Shown here: in pieces, positions 18,612 to 29,856 of the stretch
Numbering within the stretch: position 1 is the stretch's first letter
Layout of the letters: the number at the start of each line of letters is the position of its first letter
Source of the DNA: Candidatus Shapirobacteria bacterium
Lineage (GTDB): Bacteria > Patescibacteriota > Microgenomatia > UBA12405 > JAUWLS01
DNA length: 64,000 bases
Assembly: GCA_030613565.1 (NCBI GenBank)
Contig: JAUWLS010000001.1
Location: 27,355-91,354 of the forward strand
Reading direction: 5' to 3'
Notes under the pieces: model-generated
Databases searched by the model: none
The model's input: the letters and a program-made list of their open reading frames with translations, nothing else
What the model was told of the DNA's origin: nothing
Made by a program: the position numbers and the translations under genes

Positions 18612-21600
18612 ATGACCGCCTTCAAAAACATTCAAGACTTCAAAAAACTAAAGATTCAAATTTCCTCACCAAAGATAATTAAAAAATCTTCTTTCGGGGA
18701 AATAACAAAAGCTGAAACCATCAACTACCGAACCTGGAGACCTGAAAAAGACGGACTTTTCTGTGAAAAGATTTTTGGTCCTGTAAAGGATTGGGAATGT
18801 TACTGTGGAAAATATAAAAAAATTCGGTTTAAAGGTGTAATCTGTGATAAATGTGGAGTTGAAATAACTCACTCCCGAGTCAGAAGAGAAAGAATGGGTC
18901 ACATTAATCTTGCTTCTCCCGTTATTCACATGTGGTTCTTAAAATCCGCTCCTTCTCCTCTCTCTGTAATCTTAGCCATCCCTCAAAAAGACCTTGAAGC
19001 TGTTGTCTATTTTGCCAAATTCTTAGTTACTGAAGTTGACAGTAAAAAGAAAAAAGAAGCCGCTAAAAACCTCAAAGAAAACATTCAAAGACAACTCAAA
19101 GATCTAGAAGTCTCATTTAAAAAGAGAGAGAAACAAATGGATGCCGAAAACGAAAGACAAAAGAAAAAGTTGGTAAAAAAGATCAAAAACAAAGATCAGC
19201 TTAAACTTGCCCAAGAAGAATTGGACATTAAGCTAAAAACCACCCTTCAAAAACTTAAAAACCAAATCAAAAATGAAAAAAGCAAAGTTGAAAACCTTGG
19301 TCGTTTCTTAGAAGAAAAAGTTAAACACCTTGAAATCCTTTCTACCCTAACTGATGAAGAACTTTTCCATCTTAGTAACTTCAAAGCCGACTCTTTCTTT
19401 AAGTACCACATGGGGGCTGAAGCTGTTCTTAAAGTATTAGATCAACTAAACCTTAAAAAAATCGTTAAAGAACAAAAAGCTGCTTTCAAAAAGACCTCCA
19501 GCAAACAAAAGAAAAAGAAAATCCTTCATCGTATCCGAATTTTAAATGGTCTTATTGAAAACGACATCAGTCCTGCTTGGCTAATTCTTAAAAACCTCCC
19601 TGTTATTCCCCCTGGTTTACGACCCATGGTCCAACTAACTGGTGGACGTTTTGCAACTTCCGATTTAAACGATCTTTACCGAAGAGTAATCAACAGAAAC
19701 AATCGTCTTAAGAAATTGATGGGTCTTGGTGCTCCTGAAATCATTCTCCGAAATGAAAAGAGAATGCTTCAAGAAGCTGTAGACATGCTCATTGATGCTG
19801 AAAAAGCAGTTAGAGGAAAGAGAAAAACCATGAAGAGAACTCCTCGCTCCCTTTCTGATCTTCTAAGAGGTAAAAAAGGCCGTTTCCGAAGAAACCTTTT
19901 GGGAAAAAGAGTCGACTATTCAGGTCGAAGTGTAATTGTTGTCGGACCCGAACTTAAACTAAATGAATGCGGTCTACCTAAAGAAATTGCTCTCGAGATC
20001 TTCAGACCATTCGTTCTTCGCGATCTAATGTTAAAGGACTTGGTTCCCAACATTAAATCAGCCAAAAACCTAATCGATCATCGAACTCCTGAAGTTTATG
20101 ATTCCTTAACTCGTGTTACCAAAGATAAATACATTCTCTTAAACCGAGCCCCCACTCTTCATAAACTCTCTATGCAAGCTTTCAAGCCAATTCTGATTGA
20201 TTCTCTAGCCATAAGACTTCATCCCTGTGTCTGTTCTGGATTCAACGCTGACTTTGATGGAGATCAAATGGGTGTTCATTTACCTCTTTCTGAGCAGTCT
20301 CAAAAAGAAGCTAAAAAACTAATGCTTCCTAGTAAAAACATCTTAAAGCCTTCTGATGGCAATCCTGTTGTTGTTCCAGCAAAAGAAATGACCGTTGGTT
20401 GTTTCTACTTAACCAAAGTAAGAGAAGAAGATGCCGGAAAAGAAAAAAACTATCAGGATCTTCCTGTCTTTGCTACTGAAAGAGAAGTTGGTCTAGCTCA
20501 CGAAACCCAAAGAATTCAATTAAGGCAGTTAGTAAATGCTCGCATTGACGGAAAAGTTGTTCAAACCACTTATGGAAGAATTGTCTTCAATCAAGCTCTT
20601 CCCAAAGAAATTCCTTTCATTAACGATTCTTTAAATGGATCTCACCTCAAAAAACTTGTTTTGGACACTCTTCATGAGCACGGTCGAAAAGTAACCGTTA
20701 AACTAATTAATAGTCTTAAAAATATCGGATTCTACGGATTTACTCTTTCTGGAATCTCTATTTCCATGGTTGACTGTGGCTATCTTCCTGAAAAAGGTAA
20801 AATTATCGAAGAAACCAATAAAAAGGCTCTTCAAATTGAAGAAAACTTTAAATTTGGTCTTATCACCGATGATGAAAAAACCAGACTTATCCAAAACATT
20901 TGGATGGAAGTCACTGAAGAAATTGCTGAAAAAACCTGGGATCTACTCGGTTCCGACTCAGCTATTAAACTTATCAGTGGATCTGGTATTAAGCGTGTTT
21001 CTCGAGATCAAATCAAACAGCTTTCAGGTATGAGAGGACTAATGGTCGATCCTTTGGGTCGTATTGTTCCTCTTCCTACCAAGTCAAACTTCAGAGAAGG
21101 TCTTTCTGTTTTTGAATATGTTACCGGAAGTCGTGGTACCAGAAAAGGTCTTATCGACACCGCTTTAAAGACCGCTGATGCTGGTTATCTAACCCGCCGA
21201 TTAGTAGACGCCGCCCACTCCTCTATTGTTAGAGAAGAAAACTGTGGAACTACTAAATTCAAAGTTATCAGTCAGGTTGATACCAAGAGAGGTAAATACT
21301 ACGCCCGAAGGCTTTTTGGTCGAACTTTAGCTCAAAATGTTCTTGATCCTAAAACAAAAAAAGTTCTTCTTAAGAAAAAATCCTTACTCAATGAGCAAGC
21401 AATCGATCTCATTCTTGAAAAGAAAATTAAAGAAGTTCCTGTTTTCTCACCTCTTTATTGTCGATCTCAATATGGAGTCTGTGCCAAATGTTATGGATCT
21501 GATCTTGCTACCCACAAAAAAGTAAAGATTGGTGTTCCTGTCGGTGTTGTTGCTGCCCAATCCGTTGGTGAGCCTGGAACCCAACTTACCATGAGAACCA

Positions 21601-22340
21601 AGCATATTGGTGGAGTTGTAGGTCTCGACGTTACTCAAGGACTTCCTCGTGTTCAAGAACTTCTTGAAATCAGAACTCCCAAAATTCCTTCTCCTCTCTC
21701 TGAGATTGCTGGTAAAGCTAGAGTTAAGGAAATCGAATCTGGGTATGAAGTAACTGTTACCGGCACTGACAAAGAAAAGAAAGTTGTTACCTACATTCTT
21801 CCTGTCACCGCCAATATTTCAATCAAAGACAAAGACCTTGTCGGCACTGGAACTCAACTTTGTACCGGTAACCTAGATCTTCGAGAAATCCTAGCTGTCC
21901 GTGGTCTTGAAGCAGCACAGCGATATCTTATTGAAGAGGTTCAGGCTGTTTACGAGTCTCAAGGTATTGCCATCAACGACAAGCACTTTGAAGTCTTGGT
22001 TCGTGAAATGAGTGGAAAGATCAAGATTAGTGATCCAGGTGATTCTACTTTCCTTTATGGAGAATACGTCGAAAAACCTCTTTTTGATGCCACTAATAAA
22101 AAATTAAAAGCCAAAAAGAAACTACCTGCAAAAGGAAAAGAAACTCTTCTTGGTTTGATTCAAGCCGCTTTAAACACTAACTCTTGGCTATCAGCTGCTT
22201 CCTTCCAAGAAACCACTTCTCGCTTAACCGAAGCTTCACTTTTAGGTAAAACCGATAATTTGATCGGCATGAAGGAAAATGTTATTATCGGACGTCTTGT
22301 CCCCACCAGCAAGGATCGAGTGGACATTGACGTGAACTAA
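18612..22340 (+). CDS. rpoC: DNA-directed RNA polymerase beta' subunit
   Basis: Zn motif CYCGKYK..C..CGV, and NADFDGDQM catalytic motif. Confidence 0.95.
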   Translation: MTAFKNIQDFKKLKIQISSPKIIKKSSFGEITKAETINYRTWRPEKDGLFCEKIFGPVKDWECYCGKYKKIRFKGVICDKCGVEITHSRVRRERMGHINLASPVIHMWFLKSAPSPLSVILAIPQKDLEAVVYFAKFLVTEVDSKKKKEAAKNLKENIQRQLKDLEVSFKKREKQMDAENERQKKKLVKKIKNKDQLKLAQEELDIKLKTTLQKLKNQIKNEKSKVENLGRFLEEKVKHLEILSTLTDEELFHLSNFKADSFFKYHMGAEAVLKVLDQLNLKKIVKEQKAAFKKTSSKQKKKKILHRIRILNGLIENDISPAWLILKNLPVIPPGLRPMVQLTGGRFATSDLNDLYRRVINRNNRLKKLMGLGAPEIILRNEKRMLQEAVDMLIDAEKAVRGKRKTMKRTPRSLSDLLRGKKGRFRRNLLGKRVDYSGRSVIVVGPELKLNECGLPKEIALEIFRPFVLRDLMLKDLVPNIKSAKNLIDHRTPEVYDSLTRVTKDKYILLNRAPTLHKLSMQAFKPILIDSLAIRLHPCVCSGFNADFDGDQMGVHLPLSEQSQKEAKKLMLPSKNILKPSDGNPVVVPAKEMTVGCFYLTKVREEDAGKEKNYQDLPVFATEREVGLAHETQRIQLRQLVNARIDGKVVQTTYGRIVFNQALPKEIPFINDSLNGSHLKKLVLDTLHEHGRKVTVKLINSLKNIGFYGFTLSGISISMVDCGYLPEKGKIIEETNKKALQIEENFKFGLITDDEKTRLIQNIWMEVTEEIAEKTWDLLGSDSAIKLISGSGIKRVSRDQIKQLSGMRGLMVDPLGRIVPLPTKSNFREGLSVFEYVTGSRGTRKGLIDTALKTADAGYLTRRLVDAAHSSIVREENCGTTKFKVISQVDTKRGKYYARRLFGRTLAQNVLDPKTKKVLLKKKSLLNEQAIDLILEKKIKEVPVFSPLYCRSQYGVCAKCYGSDLATHKKVKIGVPVGVVAAQSVGEPGTQLTMRTKHIGGVVGLDVTQGLPRVQELLEIRTPKIPSPLSEIAGKARVKEIESGYEVTVTGTDKEKKVVTYILPVTANISIKDKDLVGTGTQLCTGNLDLREILAVRGLEAAQRYLIEEVQAVYESQGIAINDKHFEVLVREMSGKIKISDPGDSTFLYGEYVEKPLFDATNKKLKAKKKLPAKGKETLLGLIQAALNTNSWLSAASFQETTSRLTEASLLGKTDNLIGMKENVIIGRLVPTSKDRVDIDVN

Positions 22341-22343
22341 ACC

Positions 22344-22823
22344 ATGCCTACTTTTAATCAACTAGTCAGAAAAAAGAGAAAAACTCGCTCTAAGAAGTTA
22401 AGAACAGCTGCTCTAAGAGACAGCCTCAACAACTTAAAGAGTAAGATAACTGTCCAAAACAGTCCCTACAAGAGGGGAGTGGTCACTATGGTTAAAACCA
22501 TGACTCCTAAAAAACCTCACTCTGCTTTAAGAAAAGTAGCCAAGGTTCGTCTTTCTAATAAAAAAGTCATTACCGCCTATATCCCTGGAATCGGCCACAA
22601 CATTTCCGAACACGGAATTGTTTTAGTTAAGGGTGGCCGTGTCCGAGACTTACCAGGTGTTCGTTATAAAATCGTTCGTGGACCTTATGACGCAGGTTCT
22701 GTTGTTGGTCGCCAGCAATCTAGAAGTAAATATGGCACCAAAAAAGACGGTAAAGTTGATGCATCAAAACCGGCCACTGACACCAAAGCTCCTGCTGCTC
22801 CTGCTGCCACCCCTGCCGCTTAA
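22344..22823 (+). CDS. rpsL: 30S ribosomal protein S12 with an approximately 30-aa Ala/Pro-rich C-terminal extension
   Basis: PTFNQLVRK...[15 protein letters not shown]. Confidence 0.9.
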   Translation: MPTFNQLVRKKRKTRSKKLRTAALRDSLNNLKSKITVQNSPYKRGVVTMVKTMTPKKPHSALRKVAKVRLSNKKVITAYIPGIGHNISEHGIVLVKGGRVRDLPGVRYKIVRGPYDAGSVVGRQQSRSKYGTKKDGKVDASKPATDTKAPAAPAATPAA

Positions 22824-22840
22824 TAAATTTCAAATAAAAA

Positions 22841-23320
22841 ATGTCTAGAAGAGGAAGAGTAAAAAAAAGAATAATCCTACCAGATCCTATTTATAGATCA
22901 GTCCTTATCAGCCGACTTATTAACCGCTGTATGATAGATGGTAAAAAGTCAGTTACTCAAAAACAAGTTTATAAAGCTTTTGAACTGGTAAAAAAGGAAA
23001 GTAAAAAAGATCCTTTAATTATCTTCGAGCAAGCTCTTGATAATATTAAGCCAAAAGTCGAAGTTAAAACACGACGTATTGGTGGTGCTTCTTATCAAGT
23101 TCCTATTCCTGTAAGTGGTGGTCGTCAAACCTCTCTTGCTATTCGATGGTTGGTCGCCTTTGCCCGTCAAAAGTCCAACAGTCAATTCCACAGCTTTGCC
23201 GAAAAACTATCCACTGAGATATTAGATGCTCAAAAGAATGAGGGTTCAACCATTCAAAGACGTCAGGAAATAGAAAAGATTGCTGAAGCCAACAAAGCAT
23301 TTGCTCATCTTCGTTGGTAA
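22841..23320 (+). CDS. rpsG: 30S ribosomal protein S7
   Basis: Typical S7 sequence and position after rpsL. Confidence 0.9.
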   Translation: MSRRGRVKKRIILPDPIYRSVLISRLINRCMIDGKKSVTQKQVYKAFELVKKESKKDPLIIFEQALDNIKPKVEVKTRRIGGASYQVPIPVSGGRQTSLAIRWLVAFARQKSNSQFHSFAEKLSTEILDAQKNEGSTIQRRQEIEKIAEANKAFAHLRW

Positions 23321-23369
23321 GCTCTTCTTTCCAAAGTAGCTAAAATCTACTAAACTTAAACTAAGTCCT

Positions 23370-24947
23370 ATGCTATTGTCTGGGAAAAAAACTATTGTCT
23401 GGGTTCAAAAAGATTCTGTCTCTATCTTTCTTCTTGGTAAAAAACCAAAAAAGTCTTCTTTTGACCTAAAACTTTTTACCTCAAAAACTTCAAAAAGCCT
23501 CCTTCCTCTTTCTAGCTTTTTAAAAGAAAACAAAGTCAAACAGGTTTCTGTTCTTGTCAACGAGCCTCTCTCTGGTCAGCAATCTTTTGTCTACGATGCT
23601 CCAGAAGACCAAATAAGTCGCCAAGAATTAATCGGTATTGCCTCTCATTCCTTTTCTTTTGAGATTGATAACCCTTACCTTGCTTACGATTTTCATAAAA
23701 AAGCAGATAAAACCGTAATTCGTGTCACAGGCATTGATCAAAAGAAACTGGAACCAGTTTTAAAAAACCTTCAAGATCTCGGAATTAAGGTCTTGGGTTT
23801 TGACCTCGTTTCTTCTTCTCTAGCAAAGATCTTTTCTCGTTTTCATCCAAAACCCTTTATCCTCCTTCACTCCCTGGACAAAAAAAAGACCCTCGTTCTT
23901 ATTATTCACAATTCCAAGGTTTATCATTCAGAACTTAAAAACACTACCTCCTTAAAAATCCAATCCATCGTAAATAAGGTTAAGATGTTTTTCGATACTG
24001 GACCTTTAGATAAAATCTTCTTCCAAAGTGGTTGTTTACCTGACCTAACTAAAGATAGTAAACTGCATATAGTCAATTTTAATAGCGAAGACATTACTCG
24101 AAAATTAAAGTTAACCAAAGACCTACCTTTGCCAGTATTAGGTACTACTCTAAAACAAAAAAAACAGTTAATAAAAATTAAACCTAAAACAATGACCTTA
24201 GATGAAAAACCAAAAAAAGAAAAAGAAGAAGTGGTCAAACTTACTGACACTGAGAAAAAACCTCAAATAAAAGAAGAAATTGAACCAAAACCAGAAAAAG
24301 AACTTGAAGTAAAAGAAGATTCTAAAGTGGAAGAGATTAAAGAAAAGCCCCAAGAACAGGAGAAAGATGACTCTGAGGAAGCTTTCAAAATCCTCGCCGC
24401 TTCTCAGGTTGAGAAATCACCTAAGGGCAAGATCCTTATCCTTGCTGTGGTTTCTGCTCTAGTTACAGTCGCCATTCTCACTATCTTTGTTTTAAAACCA
24501 TTTTCTAAAGACACCACAGATTCAACAGAAGAACCCCTTGTTCAAGAAGTTCCTACTCAGGCCCCGTCACCAACTGCCACTCCCGCACCTGAAGTTTTTT
24601 ACGAAGCCTCGGTTAAAGTTCAAAACGGAACTTCTATTGCTGGCCTTGCAGGTACCTTAAAATCAGAAATCACCGATCTTGATTTCGAAGAAGTGACTGC
24701 CACCAATGCGCCAGAAAAAACTACTAAAAACACCATTTCCTGCAAGGAGTCCTACCTTGATACTGCCAATTCTTTGAAAGAAAGCTTAGAAAACATTTTC
24801 CCTGCCAGTATATCTGCTGATCTTGAAGAAGATGATGATTACGATATCATTATCACTATAGGAAAAGATCTTGAAGAAGAAGAGACAGTGGAAGAAGAAG
24901 TAGAGGAGGAAGAGACTGATGACGAGGAAGAATCTACCCAAGAATAA
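23370..24947 (+). CDS. Hypothetical bitopic membrane protein inserted between rpsG and fusA; paralog of 9073..11304; acidic C-terminus
   Basis: Same architecture as 9073..11304: N-domain, KE-rich linker, TM ILILAVVSALVTVAILTIFVL, exodomain ending in an EEEETVEEEVEEEE run. Confidence 0.55.
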   Translation: MLLSGKKTIVWVQKDSVSIFLLGKKPKKSSFDLKLFTSKTSKSLLPLSSFLKENKVKQVSVLVNEPLSGQQSFVYDAPEDQISRQELIGIASHSFSFEIDNPYLAYDFHKKADKTVIRVTGIDQKKLEPVLKNLQDLGIKVLGFDLVSSSLAKIFSRFHPKPFILLHSLDKKKTLVLIIHNSKVYHSELKNTTSLKIQSIVNKVKMFFDTGPLDKIFFQSGCLPDLTKDSKLHIVNFNSEDITRKLKLTKDLPLPVLGTTLKQKKQLIKIKPKTMTLDEKPKKEKEEVVKLTDTEKKPQIKEEIEPKPEKELEVKEDSKVEEIKEKPQEQEKDDSEEAFKILAASQVEKSPKGKILILAVVSALVTVAILTIFVLKPFSKDTTDSTEEPLVQEVPTQAPSPTATPAPEVFYEASVKVQNGTSIAGLAGTLKSEITDLDFEEVTATNAPEKTTKNTISCKESYLDTANSLKESLENIFPASISADLEEDDDYDIIITIGKDLEEEETVEEEVEEEETDDEEESTQE

Positions 24948-25191
24948 AAGCGAAGAGGATACTGTCGTTGTTTTAAAACAACTCAACTATTCTCTTACTA
25001 AACTAGTAAAAAAGAACACTCCTCAGTACAAGTTTCTTTTAGGAATCTTTTCAGGATTAGGAACAGTCTTTGGACTTACTGTTGTTCTCACCTTTATTCT
25101 CTACATCCTTACCAGACTTTCTTTTGTTCCTGTTCTTGGAGATGTGGCCACTCAGATCGTGCGAATCGTTCAGTCTAATCTGGGTAACTAA
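24919..25191 (+). CDS. Small hypothetical membrane protein
   Basis: 90-aa ORF with one or two TM segments. Confidence 0.35.
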   Translation: MTRKNLPKNKSEEDTVVVLKQLNYSLTKLVKKNTPQYKFLLGIFSGLGTVFGLTVVLTFILYILTRLSFVPVLGDVATQIVRIVQSNLGN

Positions 25192-25270
25192 AGTTCCTAC
25201 CCAGCCTTCATTTCCCTACCTTTCTGTGTTATTATTCCAAAGCAATACAATAAGTCTTTTCTAAAGACTG

Positions 25271-25298
25271 CTCGTGCCTAAAAGACGGGCGGTTTTTT
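25271..25298 (+). terminator. Weak intrinsic terminator or attenuator-like hairpin set upstream of fusA
   Basis: CUCGU-loop-ACGGG stem followed by U6; alternative overlapping hairpins at 25253-25286. Confidence 0.3.
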
Positions 25299-25311
25299 AA
25301 ATCAAAAACAC

Positions 25312-27408
25312 ATGGCTCAAGATAAACCTAAAACAAACCGAGATGTCTCTATGGAGAAGGTTAGAAACATTGGAATTATCGCCCACATTGATGCTGGTAA
25401 AACCACCACCACCGAAAGAGTTCTTTTCTACACCGGAAAAACCCACAAGATAGGTGATATTGACGATGGAACCACCGTTACTGACTGGATGGATCAAGAA
25501 AGAGAGCGAGGAATCACCATTGTTTCCGCTGCCATTACCACTTTCTGGAAGGGCTATCGCTTTAACATCATTGACACCCCCGGACACGTTGATTTTACCG
25601 CTGAAGTTGAAAGATCACTTCGTGTTCTTGATGGAGGAATTATGGTCTTCGATGCCGAAGAAGGAGTTCAAGCCCAATCAGAAACTGTTTGGCGACAGGC
25701 CAATAAGTATGAAGTTCCTCGTCTTGCTTTCATAAACAAGATGGACAAAATTGGAGCCGACTTTGAAAATACTTTAGAAATGATCAGAGACCGACTTCAG
25801 GCTACTCCTGCCGTTATAACTATTCCAATCGGAAAAGAACATGCTTTCAAAGGTTGTATCGATCTTTTAAATGAAAAAATGTACATCTGGGACAAAGATG
25901 AAATAGGAGTTGAATATACTACCACCGACGTCACTGACGAATACAAAGAAGAAGTAAAAAAATGGAGAGATATTCTTGTTGAGCAAGTTTGTTCTGAAGA
26001 CGATGTCCTTCTTGAAAAATTCCTAAATGACCAGGTGCCATCCATTGAGGAACTTAAAAAAGTACTAAGAAAAGCCACTATCGATAAAAAACTATTCCCC
26101 GCCTACTGTGGCTCTTCTTTGAGAAACAAAGGTGTTCAACCTGTTTTAGATGGTGTTGTTGATTTCCTTCCTTCCCCAATCGACCTTCCTCCTGTGGCTG
26201 GACTTGACCCCAAAACCGAAGAAAAATTAGAGAGAAAACCCCAAAACTCAGAGCCTCTTTCTGCTCTTCTTTTTAAGGTTCAAACTGATCCTCACGTTGG
26301 AAAGCTTTCTTATCTTCGTATTTATTCTGGAGTTTTAAAATCTGGATCTTCTGTTCAAAACGTAACTAAACGAAAGTCAGAAAGAATTGGTCGTCTTCTT
26401 TTAATGCACGCTGATAAAAGAGAAGCTATTGATGAAGCATATGCCGGAGAAATCGTTGCCTGTATTGGTCTTAAAGAGTCTTCAACTGGAGACACTCTTT
26501 GTGATCCTACTGCTCCCATCTCTCTTGAAAACATCTCTTTCCCTGATCCTGTTATTCATCTTTCTATTGAACCAGCTACCAAAGAAGATCAAGAAAAAAT
26601 GGGTCAAGCCCTCCATCGTCTTTCTGAAGAAGATCCTACTTTCTCAGTTAAAGTTGATCATGAAACTGGACAAACCATTATCTCTGGTATGGGAGAACTC
26701 CATCTTGAGATTTTAGCTGAAAGACTTAAAAGAGAATTTAAAGTCAACGCTACTACTGGTAAGCCCCAAGTTGCTTATCGAGAAACTATTAGAAACGAAG
26801 CTGAAGGTGAAGGTAAATACATTCGCCAAACCGGAGGTAGGGGACAATTTGGTCACTGTTTACTAAGAATCGAACCTAAGCCCAGAGGAGAAGGTTTTGA
26901 ATTCGTCTCTGAAATCAGAGGTGCTTCTATTCCTTCAAACTTCATTCCTTCCATTGAAAAAGGTGTTAAAGAAGCCTTAGAAAAGGGTGTTATTTCTTCC
27001 TATCCTATGGTAGATATTAAAGTTGCTGTTTACGACGGATCTTACCACGAAGTCGATTCTTCTGACATGGCTTTCAAAATTGCTGGATCCATGGGACTTC
27101 AAGCTGCAGTCAAAAAAGCCAATCCTACCCTCGTCGAGCCTATTATGAAGATCGAAGTTACTACCCCTTCTGACTTTTTAGGAGCAGTTATGGGAGACCT
27201 TTCTTCAAGAAGAGCTCAGATTCTTGGCACTGAAGATAGAAATTCTTATACTGTCATAAACGCTTCTATTCCTCTTGCTGAAGCCAGAGGATATGCTACT
27301 GTTATAAGGAGCCTTACTCAAGGCAGGGGTAATTTTTACATGGAACCCAGTCATTATGATGAAGTTCCCACCAATATTATGAAAGATTTAGTTAATTCTG
27401 AAAAATAA
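25312..27408 (+). CDS. fusA: Elongation factor G
   Basis: AHIDAGKTTTTER, DTPGHVDF. Confidence 0.95.
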   Translation: MAQDKPKTNRDVSMEKVRNIGIIAHIDAGKTTTTERVLFYTGKTHKIGDIDDGTTVTDWMDQERERGITIVSAAITTFWKGYRFNIIDTPGHVDFTAEVERSLRVLDGGIMVFDAEEGVQAQSETVWRQANKYEVPRLAFINKMDKIGADFENTLEMIRDRLQATPAVITIPIGKEHAFKGCIDLLNEKMYIWDKDEIGVEYTTTDVTDEYKEEVKKWRDILVEQVCSEDDVLLEKFLNDQVPSIEELKKVLRKATIDKKLFPAYCGSSLRNKGVQPVLDGVVDFLPSPIDLPPVAGLDPKTEEKLERKPQNSEPLSALLFKVQTDPHVGKLSYLRIYSGVLKSGSSVQNVTKRKSERIGRLLLMHADKREAIDEAYAGEIVACIGLKESSTGDTLCDPTAPISLENISFPDPVIHLSIEPATKEDQEKMGQALHRLSEEDPTFSVKVDHETGQTIISGMGELHLEILAERLKREFKVNATTGKPQVAYRETIRNEAEGEGKYIRQTGGRGQFGHCLLRIEPKPRGEGFEFVSEIRGASIPSNFIPSIEKGVKEALEKGVISSYPMVDIKVAVYDGSYHEVDSSDMAFKIAGSMGLQAAVKKANPTLVEPIMKIEVTTPSDFLGAVMGDLSSRRAQILGTEDRNSYTVINASIPLAEARGYATVIRSLTQGRGNFYMEPSHYDEVPTNIMKDLVNSEK

Positions 27409-27412
27409 AAAC

Positions 27413-27441
27413 TTGCTAATCTTGCTTTCTATTGGTACAAT
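27413..27441 (+). promoter_or_regulatory. Sigma70-like promoter TTGCTA-17-TACAAT upstream of tuf
   Basis: Near-consensus hexamers with a 17-nt spacer, about 60 nt upstream of the strong RBS AAGGAGA. Confidence 0.35.
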
Positions 27442-27502
27442 CTTTAAGCTTATCTAGGCACAAAAATATTAATAAATTAAAAAACAAAAGAAGGAGAAAA
27501 AA

Positions 27503-28696
27503 ATGTCCGACGACAAAAAATTCATAAGAAACAAACCCCACATCAACGTTGGTACCATCGGCCACGTCGATCACGGTAAGACCACTCTTACCGCAGCTCT
27601 ATTAAAAACTTTGGAAGAAAAAGGTCAGGCTAAAGCTAAAACCTACGCCGATATCGCTAAGGGAGGTACAGTAAGAGACGCCAATAAAATCGTCACTATT
27701 GCTGTTTCCCACGTCGAATACGAGACTGAAAAAAGACATTACGCCCACATTGACTGTCCCGGACACGCCGACTACGTCAAAAACATGATCACTGGTGCTG
27801 CTCAAATGGATGGTGCTATTCTTGTTGTTTCTGCTCCTGATGGCCCAATGCCTCAAACCAGAGAACACATTCTTTTAGCAAAACAGGTTAACGTTCCCGC
27901 CCTTGTTGTTTACTTAAACAAGGTCGATCTCGTTGATGATCCTGAATTTTTGGATCTAGTTGAAATGGAAATCAGAGAACTCTTAAAAAAGTATGAATTC
28001 CCCGGAGACGAAGTTCCAATCATTAAGGGTTCTGCTCTTAAAGCCCTCAATGGTGATGAAGAAGCTAAAAAGTCCATCATGGAACTTACCGAAGCTCTCG
28101 ATAACTACATCAAAGAACCAGCCCGTGAGCTAGATAAACCTTTCTTAATGCCTGTTGAAGATGTTTTCTCAATCAAGGGCCGTGGTACAGTTGCCACCGG
28201 TCGTATTGAAAGAGGAGTCATTAAAGTCAACGAGGAAATCGAAATTGTTGGTCTTAACGCCACCAAAAAGACTGTTGTTACCGGAGTTGAAATGTTCCAC
28301 AAAATGCTTGATCAAGGTCAGGCTGGAGACAACGTCGGTATTCTTCTTCGAGGTGTTGAAAAGACAGACATTGAAAGAGGACAAGTATTGGCCAAACCCG
28401 GATCAATCACTCCTCACACCAAGTACACTGCAAAGGTTTATTTATTGAAAAAAGACGAAGGTGGTAGACATACCCCCGTTTTTGGTGGTTACAAACCCCA
28501 GATCTTTATCGGTACCACTGATGTTACCGGTTCTGTAGAACTGGCCGAAGGAACTGAAATGATCATGCCCGGAGACAACTCAAATGTCACCGTAACTTTG
28601 ATCAAACCAGTTGCTCTTGAGGAAGGTCAAAACTTCGCTATCCGCGAAGGAGGACTAACCGTCGGTGCTGGAGTTATCACTAAAATAGTCGAGTAA
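27503..28696 (+). CDS. tuf: Elongation factor Tu
   Basis: [21 protein letters not shown]. Confidence 0.95.
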   Translation: MSDDKKFIRNKPHINVGTIGHVDHGKTTLTAALLKTLEEKGQAKAKTYADIAKGGTVRDANKIVTIAVSHVEYETEKRHYAHIDCPGHADYVKNMITGAAQMDGAILVVSAPDGPMPQTREHILLAKQVNVPALVVYLNKVDLVDDPEFLDLVEMEIRELLKKYEFPGDEVPIIKGSALKALNGDEEAKKSIMELTEALDNYIKEPARELDKPFLMPVEDVFSIKGRGTVATGRIERGVIKVNEEIEIVGLNATKKTVVTGVEMFHKMLDQGQAGDNVGILLRGVEKTDIERGQVLAKPGSITPHTKYTAKVYLLKKDEGGRHTPVFGGYKPQIFIGTTDVTGSVELAEGTEMIMPGDNSNVTVTLIKPVALEEGQNFAIREGGLTVGAGVITKIVE

Positions 28697-28710
28697 ATTA
28701 AAAATATATT

Positions 28711-29022
28711 ATGGCTAAAGCTAGCCGGATCAGAGTCCGCCTCAAATCATACGATCATCGTATCATCGATGAGGCTGCTGAAAAAATTGTTCAAGCAGTG
28801 GTTACTGCCGGGGCAACAGTCGTTGGTCCCATACCTTTGCCAAACAAAAAGAAAACCTTTGTGGTTACTACTAGTCCTCACACTGATAAGAACGCCAGGG
28901 AGCACTATCAGATGATTGTTCACAAAAGGATAATCGATATCTTAAACGCAAGTTTAAGAACCATTGATCGTCTACAACATCTTGATCTTCCCGCTGGAGT
29001 TCAAATCGAAGTGAAGATGTAA
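28711..29022 (+). CDS. rpsJ: 30S ribosomal protein S10
   Basis: Typical S10 sequence. Confidence 0.9.
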   Translation: MAKASRIRVRLKSYDHRIIDEAAEKIVQAVVTAGATVVGPIPLPNKKKTFVVTTSPHTDKNAREHYQMIVHKRIIDILNASLRTIDRLQHLDLPAGVQIEVKM

Positions 29023-29046
29023 TTCGACTTATAAAAAATTTAAAAA

Positions 29047-29072
29047 AGAGGGGTTAAAGCCCCTCTTTTAAT
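29047..29072 (+). terminator. Intrinsic terminator/attenuator hairpin between rpsJ and rplC
   Basis: AGAGGGG-UUAAAG-CCCCUCU followed by UUUUAAUU. Confidence 0.45.
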
Positions 29073-29112
29073 TGACTATATGCTCAATAGCTATTTAGTA
29101 AAAAAAGGAAAG

Positions 29113-29853
29113 ATGCAACAAGTCTATCTAGAAGATGGGAGACTTTTTGGCATCACTATTCTTCACTCTCCTCCCGCCACTATTCTCCAGGTAAAAGACA
29201 ATAAAAAAGATGGCTACCAAGCCCTTCAATTAGCCTTCGGAGAAAAGAAAAGAGCTAAAAAAGCTATTCTTGGTCACATTAAAAAATCTGGTTCCAAAAT
29301 CCCCGCTAGAATAAAAGAAATAAGACTAGCCCAAGACGCCGAAGTTGAATTCAAAGTAGGGGATCAAATAACCATTGATCAAATTCTTGAAGATAGAGAT
29401 ATTGTAAAAGCAACTGGAACTTCAAAAGGTCGTGGATTTGCCGGAGTTATTAAAAGACACGGTTTCCATTCCCAACCCGCTACTCACGGTGCTTCTGACC
29501 GAGAAAGAGCTCCTGGTTCCATTGGTGCCCAAACTCCTGGAAAAGTTATTAAAGGTAAAAAGATGCCTGGACATATGGGAAATGCCACTATTTCTGTAAA
29601 AAACCTTAAAGTCTTAAAAGTAGATAAAGAACAAAATCAAATTTGGATTATTGGCTCTGTCCCCGGACACATCAATTCCTGGATTGAAATCAAAAAAACT
29701 AATAAAAAAGCTGCCGACACCTTTAAGCTCCCCACTCCTCCTAAACCCCAAAAAGAAGAAAAAGACTCAAAAGAAAAAACCGATAAAAAAGCCAAGAAAA
29801 AGACTAAAAAAGAAACTGACAATAAAAGTTCCCCCAAAAAAGAAGAAAAATAA
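29113..29853 (+). CDS. rplC: 50S ribosomal protein L3 with a Lys-rich C-terminal extension
   Basis: MQQVYLEDGRLFGITIL. I chose the ATG at 29113, which has RBS AAGGAAAG, over the ORF-track start at 29080. Confidence 0.9.
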   Translation: MQQVYLEDGRLFGITILHSPPATILQVKDNKKDGYQALQLAFGEKKRAKKAILGHIKKSGSKIPARIKEIRLAQDAEVEFKVGDQITIDQILEDRDIVKATGTSKGRGFAGVIKRHGFHSQPATHGASDRERAPGSIGAQTPGKVIKGKKMPGHMGNATISVKNLKVLKVDKEQNQIWIIGSVPGHINSWIEIKKTNKKAADTFKLPTPPKPQKEEKDSKEKTDKKAKKKTKKETDNKSSPKKEEK

Positions 29854-29856
29854 GCC

